From: an uncultured Solirubrobacterales bacterium
Lineage (GTDB): Bacteria; Actinomycetota; Thermoleophilia; Solirubrobacterales; Solirubrobacteraceae
Direction of reading: 5' to 3'
Assembly: GCA_963770805.1 (NCBI GenBank)
Contig: CAVYQU010000011.1
Location: forward strand, 574,221 to 638,220
DNA: 64,000 nt
In this document: positions 40,230-50,820 of the stretch, one piece after another
Numbering within the stretch: the first letter of the stretch is position 1
Layout: the number at the start of each line of letters is the position of its first letter
Translations under genes and position numbers: made by a program
Notes under the pieces: model-generated
The model's input: only the letters and a program-made list of their open reading frames with translations
Told to the model about the DNA's origin: nothing
Databases searched by the model: none

Positions 40230-41213
40230 ATGCCACAGACCACGGAAAGGCACGAGCAGCGTCGCGTGCTTCCCGTCGTCGTGCGCGATCGCCGTGGCAG
40301 CGGGCTGCGCCGGATGCTGGGCGCCGTCCCCGCGGACGCGCGGATGCTCCGCGCCATATCGGTCGACGTCGCTCACGCCGCCGATCCGCGCCATCTCGCG
40401 CGCCGGCCACCGGCGGCCGACCCGTTCGAGCTGCGTGACCCCGAGTACATCGCGCGCACGCTCCCCGCGCTGCGCGTCATGGCGGACGTCTGGTTCCGCG
40501 CCGAAGTGCGCGGGCTGGAGAACATCCCGCCGCGCGGGCCGGTGCTGCTCGTCGGCAACCACTCGGGCGGCACGCTCATCGCCGACACGTTCATCTTCTC
40601 GCAGGCGTTTTACGACCATTTCGGCCCCGAGCGCGAGTTCTTCCAGCTCGCGCACGACCTCGTGTTCAAGGTGCCTGGCATCCGGGCCATGCTCACGCCG
40701 TACGGGACGGTGCCGGCTTCGCCGGAGAACATGCGGCGCGCGCTCGCGCGCGGCGCCGCGCTGCTCGTCTATCCGGGCGGCGACCACGAGACCTACCGGG
40801 CCAGTTGGCATTCCGCCGAGATCGACTTCGCCCACCGGACCGGCTTCGTGCGGCTCGCGCTCAAGCACGGTGTGCGAATCGTCCCGGTCGTTTCGATCGG
40901 CGGCCAGGAGACGGCGCTGTTCCTCGGCCAGGGCGAGCACATCGCGCGACTGCTGCACCTCCACCGGCTGCTGCGGCTCGACGTCGCGCCGGTCCAGATC
41001 GCCCCGCCGTGGGGCGTCACGGTGCTCGACCTCCCGGGACGCCTTCCGCTGCCGGCGAAGATCTCGATCGAGGTGCTCCCGCCGATCGACCTGCGCGAGA
41101 AGCTCGGCGGCGCCTGCGGCGATCCCGACGAGGGCTACGAGCTCGTCACGGGGCGGATGCAGGACGCGCTGCGCGAGCTCGACGAGGCGCGCGCGCTGCC
41201 GCTGATCGGCTGA
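40230..41213 (+). CDS. Lysophospholipid/diacylglycerol acyltransferase family
   Basis: GNHSGG (HxxxxD region), VYPGG, GFVRLA, IVPV. Confidence 0.88.
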   Translation: MPQTTERHEQRRVLPVVVRDRRGSGLRRMLGAVPADARMLRAISVDVAHAADPRHLARRPPAADPFELRDPEYIARTLPALRVMADVWFRAEVRGLENIPPRGPVLLVGNHSGGTLIADTFIFSQAFYDHFGPEREFFQLAHDLVFKVPGIRAMLTPYGTVPASPENMRRALARGAALLVYPGGDHETYRASWHSAEIDFAHRTGFVRLALKHGVRIVPVVSIGGQETALFLGQGEHIARLLHLHRLLRLDVAPVQIAPPWGVTVLDLPGRLPLPAKISIEVLPPIDLREKLGGACGDPDEGYELVTGRMQDALRELDEARALPLIG

Positions 41214-41409
41214 GCGGGTGCTCATCGCAGCCCGGGCGCGATGGCGAGCATGCCGTGAGCACGAGCTCCACGGCGATGGCGAGGATGAGGAAGACGAGGA
41301 TCCGCGTGAGGGCGCCGACGCCCGTCGCTCCGAGCGCCCAGATGAGCGGCTCGCCCAGTCAGATCAAGGCGGCCTAGCGTGCTGGGCTCGGATCTCACGA
41401 GTGTGGGCT

Positions 41410-41690
41410 TTGGGGTCAGCGGAGGATTAGCCGCGGATGCGGCCGGGCGGAGCGGGCGGGCGTGTGTGCTGACCTTCTCAAGGGCGCGGGTCAGGACTTT
41501 GATCTCGTTGTCGGTGAGGTGCTGGAAGAAGTGTCGTTCGATTCCGTCTCGGTGGTAGCGGCGGGCGCGGTGCATCGCTTCGGTGCCCTGGGCGGTGAGG
41601 ACGATGAGGATCGAGCGCCGGTCATGCTCGCGGCGGACCCGCGCGCTAACGGACCCGTACCCGGCGGCGGGGTATGTGAGATCGTGTCCT
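41410..41690 (-). pseudogene. MarR-family C-terminal fragment
   Basis: VRREHDRRSILIVLTAQG..HRDGIERHF; HTH and start missing. Confidence 0.6.
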
Positions 41691-41727
41691 CTGTGAGCGT
41701 CGAGTTGCGAGGGGCTGATCGTCGCGG

Positions 41728-42261
41728 ATGAGCGAACCGCCGGATCAGGCCGGGTCGGAGCCACGCTTCACGACCGCAGTTCGCACGGCGCTCGCCTGGA
41801 TCGAAGAGGCGCTCTACATCATCGTTGGCCTGCTGCTGCTTGCTGCGGCCGTGCTGGTCGTGGTGGGAACCATCAGTGGGCTTATCACCTCGATCCGTAC
41901 GCATCAGAGCGCGGTGAATATCGGGGTCGTTCTGCTCGATCGCATTCTGCTGACGCTGATCGTGGCCGAGCTGCTGCACACCCTGCGCTTTGTTGTGCTG
42001 CGCGGGGAGATCGTGGTCGAGCCCTTCTTGTTCGTCGGTCTCATTGCCGTCGTACGGCGGATCCTGATCGTCACGGCCGAGTTGGAGCGCCAGACACCCG
42101 GCGGCCGTGCGCTCACCAACCAGCTACTTGAGCTCGGACTTCTAGGCGTCCTTGCACTTGCGCTCGCCGTAGCGATCTACCTGGTGCGACGAAGCGGCCC
42201 GGCCGGCTACGACCCCGCGCAACCGCCCCGGCGCGAGTCGCCAGGCCTTTCACCAACCTGA
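41728..42261 (+). CDS. PsiE-family membrane protein
   Basis: LLTLIVAELLHT..EPFLFVGLIAVVRRILI. Confidence 0.85.
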   Translation: MSEPPDQAGSEPRFTTAVRTALAWIEEALYIIVGLLLLAAAVLVVVGTISGLITSIRTHQSAVNIGVVLLDRILLTLIVAELLHTLRFVVLRGEIVVEPFLFVGLIAVVRRILIVTAELERQTPGGRALTNQLLELGLLGVLALALAVAIYLVRRSGPAGYDPAQPPRRESPGLSPT

Positions 42262-42418
42262 GCCGTTCTGAGCGGCCTGTCTTCAAGAGCGGGCGGCTCG
42301 GGGTGAGTGCCGGATTGCGGGGGTGCAGGAGCAGTCAGGCGGCTGATCCGTGCGTTTGCCACTCATCCGGATCAGGCGACTCGCAGCCCATGGACGCGTT
42401 CGCAGTCGAGCGGGAGGG

Positions 42419-42667
42419 CTAACGATCTCGATCGTTTTGCTGCTGAGCCTGCTCTTCCGCGATGTCTCGATCCCGTTCTGCGCGCGCTGCCCGCTCGTTG
42501 GCCCCAGCTAGTTCTTGCCGGTCTTCAGCACGCCGCGTCGCCCCTCGCTTCTGACGGCCGCGCATCGACACGGCGACGATCAGCACCACGAGCACGACTG
42601 CGATCGCGACGACGATTACGACGACTCCCGTTGCTACGGCCGCTGGTATGAGTACGGCGTCGCCCAT
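42419..42667 (-). CDS. Small single-TM hypothetical protein
   Basis: Hydrophobic N-terminus and charged helical tail. Confidence 0.55.
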   Translation of the reverse strand: MGDAVLIPAAVATGVVVIVVAIAVVLVVLIVAVSMRGRQKRGATRRAEDRQELAGANERAARAERDRDIAEEQAQQQNDRDR

Positions 42668-42827
42668 TAGATCCGCCTTTCCCGGACGCTGCAGGGCCGA
42701 CGGCTCCGATGGTGCGATCGCGGAACCTGCGGGACCGCGGTGCGCCCAGCGCAAGGCTGCGCGAGCGATCGCCGCTGACAGCCCGTCACAGGGCCGACAG
42801 CGCTCCCCGCGAGCACGCACGGTCGTT

Positions 42828-43019
42828 TCACTTCCTGTCGACCTTGTGCCTCAGGTCCTTGAGCGCATGCTGCGCCTTGTCGAAGGCTGAGTCGAGCTTG
42901 CCCTTGAGCTTGCCCTTGTCCTCTTGGCGCTGCCCTTCGCGCTTGATCTCCTCATCGCCGGTCACGGCGCCGACGGCCTGCTTTGCGCGGCCGACGGTCT
43001 GATCGGTCTTTGCGCCCAT
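42828..43019 (-). CDS. CsbD-family stress protein
   Basis: GRAKQAVGAVTGDEE..EG..Q..KGK; AGGAGG RBS. Confidence 0.85.
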   Translation of the reverse strand: MGAKTDQTVGRAKQAVGAVTGDEEIKREGQRQEDKGKLKGKLDSAFDKAQHALKDLRHKVDRK

Positions 43020-43385
43020 GACGTGGCCTCCTGGTTCTGAGTGGTTCGGTGCGAGCTTACGCCCGAGCTGCGCCACGATCATCCGTGTCGCCCACTGAGG
43101 AGTAGCCGGGAAACCCCGAGTGGCGAGGGGAGCGGACTGGCGGCCGCTTCAGCCAAAGACCTGCATCGACCCGAGTCGGGCCTCCTGGCGTTTCCACTCG
43201 CGCACCCGGATTGCGCGGAAGAGGAGGGGTCTCAGGCACCGGGACGGGTCGTCAGTGCTGCTTTCGCGCGTGAGGGAACCAGCCGCCGGTCCTCGCGCAT
43301 GGTGGAAGCGGGTCCGTTGGCCTTGACCGGGCTCGGACGACGGGCGTAGGCTCGCTCCAACAATCACGACGGAAGGTGGGCAGAC

Positions 43386-43937
43386 ATGTCCAGCGATCTC
43401 ACGACCGGTGCCGGCGAGGCTGCGGCGACCACGGGCCCAGGCGACCTCTCCGCCGCTTCACGCCGGCTTTTTGAGGAGAGCTTCAACGAGGGCAAATTCG
43501 ACCTGCTCGATCAGCTCGTCGCGGCGGACGCGGTTGACCATGACCCGTCAAGGCCGGCTCAGATGCGTGGCCTCCGAGGGCCCGAGGTGCTCAGGCGCAC
43601 GGCGAGCATGTACCGCGCGGCATTCCCCGACGTGAGGGTCACCGTCGACGACGTGATCGCGGCGGGCGACAAGGTCGTGCTGCGCTGGCACAGCGAGGGG
43701 ACACACCGCGGCAAGCTCGAGGGCCTCGCGCCGACTGGCGCCCGGGCGTCGGTGACCGGTATCAGCATCGACCGGTGGCAGGATGGCAAGGTAGTCGAGG
43801 CCTGGACCGAGTGGGACAACCTCGGTCTCGCCCGCCAGCTCGGCGCCGCGCCCCCGGAAGGCAGTGTCGGCGAGAAGATCGGAATGGGTCTGCAGCGCCT
43901 GATGGCTCGCTGGATGCGCAAGAAGAACCAGGGCTGA
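43386..43937 (+). CDS. SnoaL-like ester cyclase
   Basis: AFPDV..DDVIA.GDKVV.RW..GTH.G..PTG..VEAW. Confidence 0.88.
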   Translation: MSSDLTTGAGEAAATTGPGDLSAASRRLFEESFNEGKFDLLDQLVAADAVDHDPSRPAQMRGLRGPEVLRRTASMYRAAFPDVRVTVDDVIAAGDKVVLRWHSEGTHRGKLEGLAPTGARASVTGISIDRWQDGKVVEAWTEWDNLGLARQLGAAPPEGSVGEKIGMGLQRLMARWMRKKNQG

Positions 43938-44394
43938 CCGGCGCTCAGCTGTCCTGAGCCGGCCCGCCGCTCTCGCTCCGCGTGAACGGAGCCGTCGGTC
44001 GCAGCACGGGCCATGCGACTGCGTGCGTTCCGCAGACCTGCTGCGATAGCGCAAGACGGTTGTCCGGGTTGAGAGCGCTGTGGTTGGTAGTGCCCAATCA
44101 GCAGGAGCGCTGCGATCGTCTCGTGGGAGCCACGCGCGTCCCGTCGGCTGGCTGGGCAGCGCTTGAGCTGCGCGGACGCGCCCAAAGCCCAGCGAACGGT
44201 TGGATTCGTGGTTCCCGGCAATTACTGCGGGTTCATACCGATGGAACGGCTCTTGGCCGGAGGGACAATCGGGCTGAGTCAATGGGCGACGCGCCTGTCC
44301 GTGCCTCGAGGAGAGCCATCAAGAATGACCAAGTCCCGCATCGGCCGTCGTTGTGGCGTTGCTGGTTGAGGTCGCGTCTGGAAGGGGTGCAACG

Positions 44395-46044
44395 GTGCAC
44401 AACGATCACTTTGACTACGACTGGCTGGTGATCGGCTCTGGGTTTGGGGGGAGCGTCTCGGCTTTGCGGTTGGCGGAGCGGGGCTACCGCGTCGGCGTGC
44501 TCGAGTGTGGCCGGCGTTATCGCGATGAGGACTTCGCGAAGACGACGTGGGAGTTGGCGCGCTACTACTGGATGCCCAAGCTGGGGTTGAAGGGGATTCT
44601 GCGGCTCACGATCTTCAGGGACAGCTTCGTCGCTTCTGGCTGTGGGGTGGGGGGTGGCTCGCTGGGGTATGCGAATACGTTGTATCGCGCGCGGCCGGCG
44701 TTCTACCGCGACCGGCAGTGGGTCGACCTGGGTGACTGGGAGACCGAGCTGCGCCCGCATTACGACGAGGCCGAGCGGATGCTGGGTGTGACGACCTACG
44801 ACGAGGACTCGGCAGCGGATCTGCTGCTCAAGGAGTACGCGCAGGAGCGGGGGTTCGGCGACACCTACGCCAAGACGCGGGTGGGGGTGCTCCTTGGCGA
44901 GCCTGGCGCGACGGTGCCCGACCCCTATTTCGGCGGGGAGGGCCCCGAGCGGGCGGGCTGCATGCGGTGTGGCTCGTGCATGGTGGGGTGCCGTTACAAC
45001 GCCAAGAACACGCTGGTCAAGAACTATCTCTACTTCGCCGAGCGCCGGGGCGTCGAGATCCTGCCGGAGCGCACCGTCGTCGACATCCGCCCGCGGGGCG
45101 CGCTCGACGGCTCGGGCGGCTACGCGGTCACGCACGAGCGCTCGGGGGCCTGGGGGCTTCGCGACCGGCAGCAGTTGAGCGCCCGCGGGGTCGTGGTCGC
45201 GGCCGGACCTCTGGGCACGAACAGGCTCCTGTTCAGCTGCAAGCTGCGCGGGTCGCTGCCGCGCGTCTCAGATCGCCTCGGGTACCTGGTGCGTACGAAC
45301 AGCGAGTCGATCCTTGCTGTTACCGCTCCCGATGACGCGCGCGATTTCACAGCCGGGGTGGCGATCACGTCAAGCATCTATCCCGACCGCGACACGCACA
45401 TCGAGCCGGTCACCTACGGCGAGGGTGCGGATTCCCAGTCGCTGCTGTTCTCATTGATGACCGAGGCCGGAACGCGCCGGGACCAGCCGCTGCAACTCGT
45501 GCTCAACATGCTGCGCCACCCGCGACGGGCGCTGGGGGCGATGCGGGTGCGCGCCTGGTCGGGCCGGACGGTGATCCTGCTGGTGATGCAGACGCTCGAT
45601 AACGCGATGCGCTTGAAGGTCAAGCGCCGCTGGCCCAATGGCAACGTCGTGCTCACCACGGAGCAGGATCCCGATCATCCCAACCCCGACAAGATCCCCG
45701 CCGCCTACCGCGCCGCTGAGTGGATGCAGGCCAAGCTCGGCGGGACGGCCCAGGCGGTGTTCACCGAGGCGATCTTCTCGATCCCGCTGACCGCCCACAT
45801 CCTCGGTGGGGCCGTCATCGGCACCGACCCGCAGACCGGTGTGGTCGACGACCACCACCGAGTATTTGGCTACGAGAACCTGCTCGTCTGCGACGGCGCC
45901 GCCATCCCGGCCAACGTCGGCGCCAACCCAGCGCTCACGATCACCGCGATGGCCGAGCGCGCCATGACCCACATCCCGCCCAACGGCAGCCCGGCTGAGC
46001 TGGCGGCCACCGACGGCCAGCGCGGCGTAGCCGCGAAGACGTGA
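44395..46044 (+). CDS. GMC oxidoreductase, ChoD/cholesterol oxidase-like
   Basis: VIGSGFGGSVSALRL, GVGGGSL.YAN, CMRCGSCMVGC, AHILGG, GANPALTI. Confidence 0.88.
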   Translation: MHNDHFDYDWLVIGSGFGGSVSALRLAERGYRVGVLECGRRYRDEDFAKTTWELARYYWMPKLGLKGILRLTIFRDSFVASGCGVGGGSLGYANTLYRARPAFYRDRQWVDLGDWETELRPHYDEAERMLGVTTYDEDSAADLLLKEYAQERGFGDTYAKTRVGVLLGEPGATVPDPYFGGEGPERAGCMRCGSCMVGCRYNAKNTLVKNYLYFAERRGVEILPERTVVDIRPRGALDGSGGYAVTHERSGAWGLRDRQQLSARGVVVAAGPLGTNRLLFSCKLRGSLPRVSDRLGYLVRTNSESILAVTAPDDARDFTAGVAITSSIYPDRDTHIEPVTYGEGADSQSLLFSLMTEAGTRRDQPLQLVLNMLRHPRRALGAMRVRAWSGRTVILLVMQTLDNAMRLKVKRRWPNGNVVLTTEQDPDHPNPDKIPAAYRAAEWMQAKLGGTAQAVFTEAIFSIPLTAHILGGAVIGTDPQTGVVDDHHRVFGYENLLVCDGAAIPANVGANPALTITAMAERAMTHIPPNGSPAELAATDGQRGVAAKT

Positions 46045-46101
46045 CCCGAGTCATCGTCGTGCGCTCAGAGCGACCAGACCAGAAACGAAGGAGAACCGAC
46101 G

Positions 46102-47661
46102 ATGGCCACGACTGACGAGAAGGCGGTCAACACGCCCGCCGCCACCGGCACCGAGGAGCGGGAGATTCCCGTCGAGAACCCGGCAACCGGCGAGACCATC
46201 GGCCACGTTCCGGCGATGAAGGCTGCGGACGTAGCCGAGGTGGCACGACGCGGGCGGACGGCCCAGCCGGCGTGGGAGGAACTTGGCTACGACGGCCGAG
46301 GCCGCGTGTTGGAACGGATGCAGAAGTGGATCATGGACAACGCTGATCGTGTGATCGAGACCATCTGCTCGGAGACCGGCAAGGCGTACGAGGACGCGCA
46401 GCTCGCGGAGCTCAGCTACGGGGCGACGTCGCTCGGTTTCTGGGCCAAGAACGCGCCGAAGTACCTCGCCGACGAGCGGGTCCGCTCCTCGTCAGTGTTC
46501 GTGCTCGGGAAGCGGCTCGTGCTGCGCTACCGGCCGTTCGGCCTTGTGGGGGTGATCGGACCGTGGAACTACCCGTTGACGAACTGCTTCGGCGACTGCA
46601 TCCCCGCGCTGGCCGCCGGCAACAGCGTCCTGCTCAAGCCCGCCACCGTGACCCCGCTGACGTCACTGCTGCTGGCCGAAGGGTTGGCCGCGTGTGGCCT
46701 GCCCGATCACGTCTTCCAGGTCGTCACTGGCCACGGCGGAGAGGTCGGTGATGCGCTGATCGACGCCGTCGACATGGTGATGTTCACCGGCTCGACCGAG
46801 ACCGGCCGCAGGGTCGCGATCCGGGCCGCAGAGCGGCTGATCCCCGCCTCGCTCGAGCTCGGCGGCAAGGACCCGATGATCGTGCTCGCCGACGCCGACA
46901 TCGACAGGGCGGCGAACCACGCCGCCTACTACTCAATGTTCAACGGCGGCCAGACATGCATCTCGCTCGAGCGCTGCTACGTCGAGGCACCCGTGTACGA
47001 CGCGTTCGTCAACAAGGTGGTCGAGCACGTGAACGCCATCCGCCAGGGACCGCCCGCCGGACCCGGAAGCGTGGACGTCGGGTCGCTGACCCTCCCCTCC
47101 CAGGTCGAGACCGTCGAACGCCACATCAAGGACGCTCAGGCCAAGGGCGCGAGGGTTCTCGTCGGCGGGCACCGCGGCCACGCCGGCGAGGCCGGCTACT
47201 GGTACGAGCCGACCGTGCTCGTCGACGTCACCCACGAGATGGATTGCATGCGCGAGGAGACCTTTGGACCAACACTCCCGATCATGAAGGTCGCCGACGC
47301 CGAGGAAGCCATTCGCCTCGCCAACGACTCCGATTACGGGCTCGGCGCCGCTGTCTTCTCACGCGACATCGAGCACGGCGAAGCAGTCGCCCGCCGCGTG
47401 AACGCCGGTGCCGTCACCATCAACGACGCGGTCGTGAACTACACCGCACTCGAGCTGCCGATGGGCGGCGCAAAGCCCGGTTCAGGCGTCGGCTACCGCC
47501 ACGGCCCCGGCGGCATCCGCAAATACTGCCGCCAACAATCGCTGCTCATCTCCCGCGTGCACCTCAGCCACGACATCCACACCTACCCCTACCGAGCGCG
47601 GACGACCCGGCTGTTAGCACGGACGCTCAAGGTACTCTACGGACGCCGCCGGCACGGCTGA
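46102..47661 (+). CDS. Aldehyde dehydrogenase family protein
   Basis: PWNYP, FTGS, LELGGKDP, GQTCIS, EETFGP. Confidence 0.92.
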   Translation: MATTDEKAVNTPAATGTEEREIPVENPATGETIGHVPAMKAADVAEVARRGRTAQPAWEELGYDGRGRVLERMQKWIMDNADRVIETICSETGKAYEDAQLAELSYGATSLGFWAKNAPKYLADERVRSSSVFVLGKRLVLRYRPFGLVGVIGPWNYPLTNCFGDCIPALAAGNSVLLKPATVTPLTSLLLAEGLAACGLPDHVFQVVTGHGGEVGDALIDAVDMVMFTGSTETGRRVAIRAAERLIPASLELGGKDPMIVLADADIDRAANHAAYYSMFNGGQTCISLERCYVEAPVYDAFVNKVVEHVNAIRQGPPAGPGSVDVGSLTLPSQVETVERHIKDAQAKGARVLVGGHRGHAGEAGYWYEPTVLVDVTHEMDCMREETFGPTLPIMKVADAEEAIRLANDSDYGLGAAVFSRDIEHGEAVARRVNAGAVTINDAVVNYTALELPMGGAKPGSGVGYRHGPGGIRKYCRQQSLLISRVHLSHDIHTYPYRARTTRLLARTLKVLYGRRRHG

Positions 47662-47690
47662 CAAATCCGCGGCCGCGTGTCGATCGGACG

Positions 47691-50039
47691 TCATTCGCGG
47701 GCGAGCATCGCCGCGGCTTCGCGTTCGAGGTCGATGTACGGCTCGCCGCTGACGTCGACCGCGACGCGGTTGATGGTGCCGCCGGTGAACTCGTGCGGGT
47801 GAGGGCCTGGGTAGTCTGAGGTGACCGGTTCGCTGCTGTCGCGTCCGACGCAGAGGCCTTCGCCGGCGATCGAGAACTTGCCGGGCTGGGTCTTGATCCG
47901 CTCCTCGCCGACCTTCGTCTCCCCGTGGTAGAGGGTTAGGATCCCGGTAGAGACGCCGGGCGGGTCCTCGCCGTCCTTGACGAAGTTGGCGGCCAGGATC
48001 AGGTTCTTGCCGACCGGCACGTCTTCACTGCCGACGATCTTCTGATCGAAGTGCCCGACCCAGTTGTAGTCGTAATGCAGGCGGTTGTTCTTGATGTAAA
48101 GAGCGTGCCCGCCGAACCGGGAGCCGTGGGCGAACAGCACGCCCTCAGCGCCCGGGGCCGGAATGTCGACGAGCGCGCCGATCCCGTAGGAACGGTTGCG
48201 GACGTTGACCGCTTGTGACTCCGGCACCTCTGCCAAGTCCGGGTAGTAGACGTAGCGGTTGCGCGCCGGGGTCAGAAGCGGACGTGGGGTCGTCAGGATT
48301 TCGAGGGCTGAGCGGTCATCGAGCGGGAACGCCCCGTTGCGACCGGCTTCGGCGTACCACAGGCTGATCATCTCGTTGAGCCGTTCGGGTTCCTGATCGG
48401 CGAGGTTGTGCAGCTCGGAGCGGTCGACGTCGGTGTGGTACAGCTCCCATGTGTCGCTGCCGAAGTGGCTCCAGCCGCTGATCGTGGGGTGCTTAGTGAC
48501 GGCCTTCCAGCCATCGTGCCAGATCGCCCGCGAGCCGAGCATCGAGTAGAACTGCGTCGCGCGCGCGGTCGGAAGCGACCCCTGGTCGAAGCTGTAGCGC
48601 ATGCTGACGCCGTCGAAGGCGCTCTGGACATGACCGCCGATCGTCTCAGGCGGCTCGACGCCCAGACAATCGAGGATCGTCGGGACGAGATCGATCGCGT
48701 GGTGGTACTGCTCGCGGATCTCGCCCTTCGCCTTCATCCCCTTCGGCCACGAGATGATGCACGGGTCACTTGTGCCGCCGTTGAATTCGTAGCGCTTCCA
48801 CATCTTGAACGGCGTGTTGAACGCCATCGCCCAGCCGTTCGGGTAGTGGTTGTAGGTCTTGGTTCCGCCGAGCTCGTCGAGCATCGCGAGGTTCTGCTCC
48901 ATCGAGTCCGGGATGCCGTTCGCGATGTTGTTCTCGTTCACCGACCCGTTCGGTCCGCCCTCGCCGCTCGCGCCGTTGTCGGAGATCAACAAGATCAGCG
49001 TGTTCTCGCGCTGCTCGGTCTCCTCCAGATAGTCCAGCAGCCGGCCGATCTGGTCATCGGCGTGCGCCATGAACCCGGCATACACCTCGGCCATCCGGCA
49101 GAACAGCCGCTGCTCGTCGGCTGTCAGCGAGTCCCACGGCCTCGTCAGGTCCAACGGCGGGAACGGTTGCCCGTCCGGCCCGGTCTGGTCGGCGATCGGG
49201 TTGATCGGCGGCAGCTCGGTGTCAGGCGGGACGATCCCCAGCTCCTTCTGGCGGGCGAGCGTCTGCTCGCGGATCGCCTCATAGCCCATGTCGAACTGGC
49301 CCTTGAACTTCTCGATCCACTCCCTCGGAACGTGATGAGGCGCATGACACGCACCCGGCGCGTAATACAGGAAGAACGGCTTCTCCGGCGCGACCACCTT
49401 CGCGTCCTTGATGAACTCCAACGCCTTGTCGGTCAAATCCACCGTCAAGTGGTAGCCCTCGGCAGGTGAGCGCGGCGGATCGACGAGATGGCTGTCGTAG
49501 ACAAGGTCCGGATACCACTGGTTCGTCTCCGCCCCGAGGAACCCGTAGAAGCGCTCAAAGCCGCGGCCGGTCGGCCAGTTCCGCCGCGAGGACGCGAGGT
49601 TCATCTCCGACTCCGGGCACAGATGCCACTTCCCGACCATGTACGTGTTCCAGCCCGCCTCCCCGAGGATCTCCTGGATCTGCCCATTCTCCGGCGGGAT
49701 CACCCCGCTCGCGCACGGGAACCCGATCGCCGCCTCAGTGATGCACGCCATGCTATTGCGCGTGTGATTGCGACCCGTCAGCAGGCACGAGCGCGTCGGC
49801 GAGCACAACGCAGTCGTGTGCATCTGCGTATAGCGCACCCCGTCCGCGACGATCCGGTCGATGTTCGGCGTCGGCACCGGACCGCCGTAGCTGCTCAACA
49901 CCGAGAAGCCCACGTCGTCGAGCACGATGTACAGAACGTTCGGCGCCCCCTCGGGAGCCTTCGGCGCCTCGAACGGGGCCCAGTCCGGTACCGAGTCGCG
50001 GATGTCGATGTTGATAACACCCTTGAATGGGATGCCCAT
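47691..50039 (-). CDS. Arylsulfatase (Cys-type, cytoplasmic)
   Basis: DDVG, LCSPTRSCLLTGR (CxPxR), VGKWH, HAPH, SDNG; no signal peptide. Confidence 0.92.
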   Translation of the reverse strand: MGIPFKGVINIDIRDSVPDWAPFEAPKAPEGAPNVLYIVLDDVGFSVLSSYGGPVPTPNIDRIVADGVRYTQMHTTALCSPTRSCLLTGRNHTRNSMACITEAAIGFPCASGVIPPENGQIQEILGEAGWNTYMVGKWHLCPESEMNLASSRRNWPTGRGFERFYGFLGAETNQWYPDLVYDSHLVDPPRSPAEGYHLTVDLTDKALEFIKDAKVVAPEKPFFLYYAPGACHAPHHVPREWIEKFKGQFDMGYEAIREQTLARQKELGIVPPDTELPPINPIADQTGPDGQPFPPLDLTRPWDSLTADEQRLFCRMAEVYAGFMAHADDQIGRLLDYLEETEQRENTLILLISDNGASGEGGPNGSVNENNIANGIPDSMEQNLAMLDELGGTKTYNHYPNGWAMAFNTPFKMWKRYEFNGGTSDPCIISWPKGMKAKGEIREQYHHAIDLVPTILDCLGVEPPETIGGHVQSAFDGVSMRYSFDQGSLPTARATQFYSMLGSRAIWHDGWKAVTKHPTISGWSHFGSDTWELYHTDVDRSELHNLADQEPERLNEMISLWYAEAGRNGAFPLDDRSALEILTTPRPLLTPARNRYVYYPDLAEVPESQAVNVRNRSYGIGALVDIPAPGAEGVLFAHGSRFGGHALYIKNNRLHYDYNWVGHFDQKIVGSEDVPVGKNLILAANFVKDGEDPPGVSTGILTLYHGETKVGEERIKTQPGKFSIAGEGLCVGRDSSEPVTSDYPGPHPHEFTGGTINRVAVDVSGEPYIDLEREAAAMLARE

Positions 50040-50299
50040 TACGTCCTCCTAAGATCACAGGTCCAAACGTGCCGACGGGAGCACTCTGAGGGTCGCTTGA
50101 GCCCCCGTCTGATGCATCACCCGTTCCGGATGAGATGTTCGGATCGTGACCGGCGAGGATGCGGTGCTCGACGAGGCCGGACGTCTCTTGACCGCGCTCA
50201 GACACGCGCACTGGCGTTCGATTTCACGCCGCTGTCGGCGCCTCACTCGGCGCGGCTGAAGTCTCAACGCTTCGATTCGCCACGCGTTTGCGCGGTGGC

Positions 50300-50752
50300 T
50301 CACTCCGCTTGGCGTGAGGCGAGTGCCCGCAGGAGCGCGTCGAGGGTCTGGGCGGCCGCCTCGAAGCGCTCACCCCCGACGAGCTGGGCGTAGTTCGTTT
50401 CGATCTCGGCGATGACGTGGCGGGCTGTACGCATTGCCTCCCAGCCAGCGTCGGTGAGGCAGACGAGCTTCGCCCGCCCGTCGCTGGGGTCCGGGCGCCG
50501 CTCGACGATCCCGAGCCGTTGCAGGTCGTCGACGAGCTCGGACATGGCCGGGAGGGTCATTCGTGCCTCTGCGGCGAGCTCAGTGAGACGTGATCCCTCA
50601 GCCTTGATGTAGGCGGTCACATGGGTGTGCGGCACCCGCGCGTCCGCGAGACCGGCGGCGACCAGGCCGGTGAACAGCTCAGTCTGGAACAGACGGGTGA
50701 GCTGCGTCAGCAGCTGACCGATGTGGAGGCGGTGCGGTGGGGAAGTTGACAA
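50300..50752 (-). CDS. MarR family transcriptional regulator
   Basis: LTELAAEARMTLPAMSELVDDL..GIVERRPDPSDGRAKLV.LT..G; TTG start inferred. Confidence 0.88.
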   Translation of the reverse strand: MSTSPPHRLHIGQLLTQLTRLFQTELFTGLVAAGLADARVPHTHVTAYIKAEGSRLTELAAEARMTLPAMSELVDDLQRLGIVERRPDPSDGRAKLVCLTDAGWEAMRTARHVIAEIETNYAQLVGGERFEAAAQTLDALLRALASRQAE

Positions 50753-50765
50753 GAAGCTTCGGTAG

Positions 50766-50785
50766 CCTAAGCTTAGGTAGCCTAA
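50766..50785. promoter_or_regulatory. Overlapping palindromes CCTAAGCTTAGG / TTAGGTAGCCTAA, probable MarR operator
   Basis: AT-rich double inverted repeat between divergent marR and cupin genes. Confidence 0.65.
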
Positions 50786-50820
50786 CTTTCTACTCCAGCC
50801 TAGCCGATCAAGGAGCAATA

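Noticed and set aside
43020-43130. SigB/SigF promoter for csbD
   Set aside because: GTTT-N17-GGGCGA has a poor -10; insufficient support.
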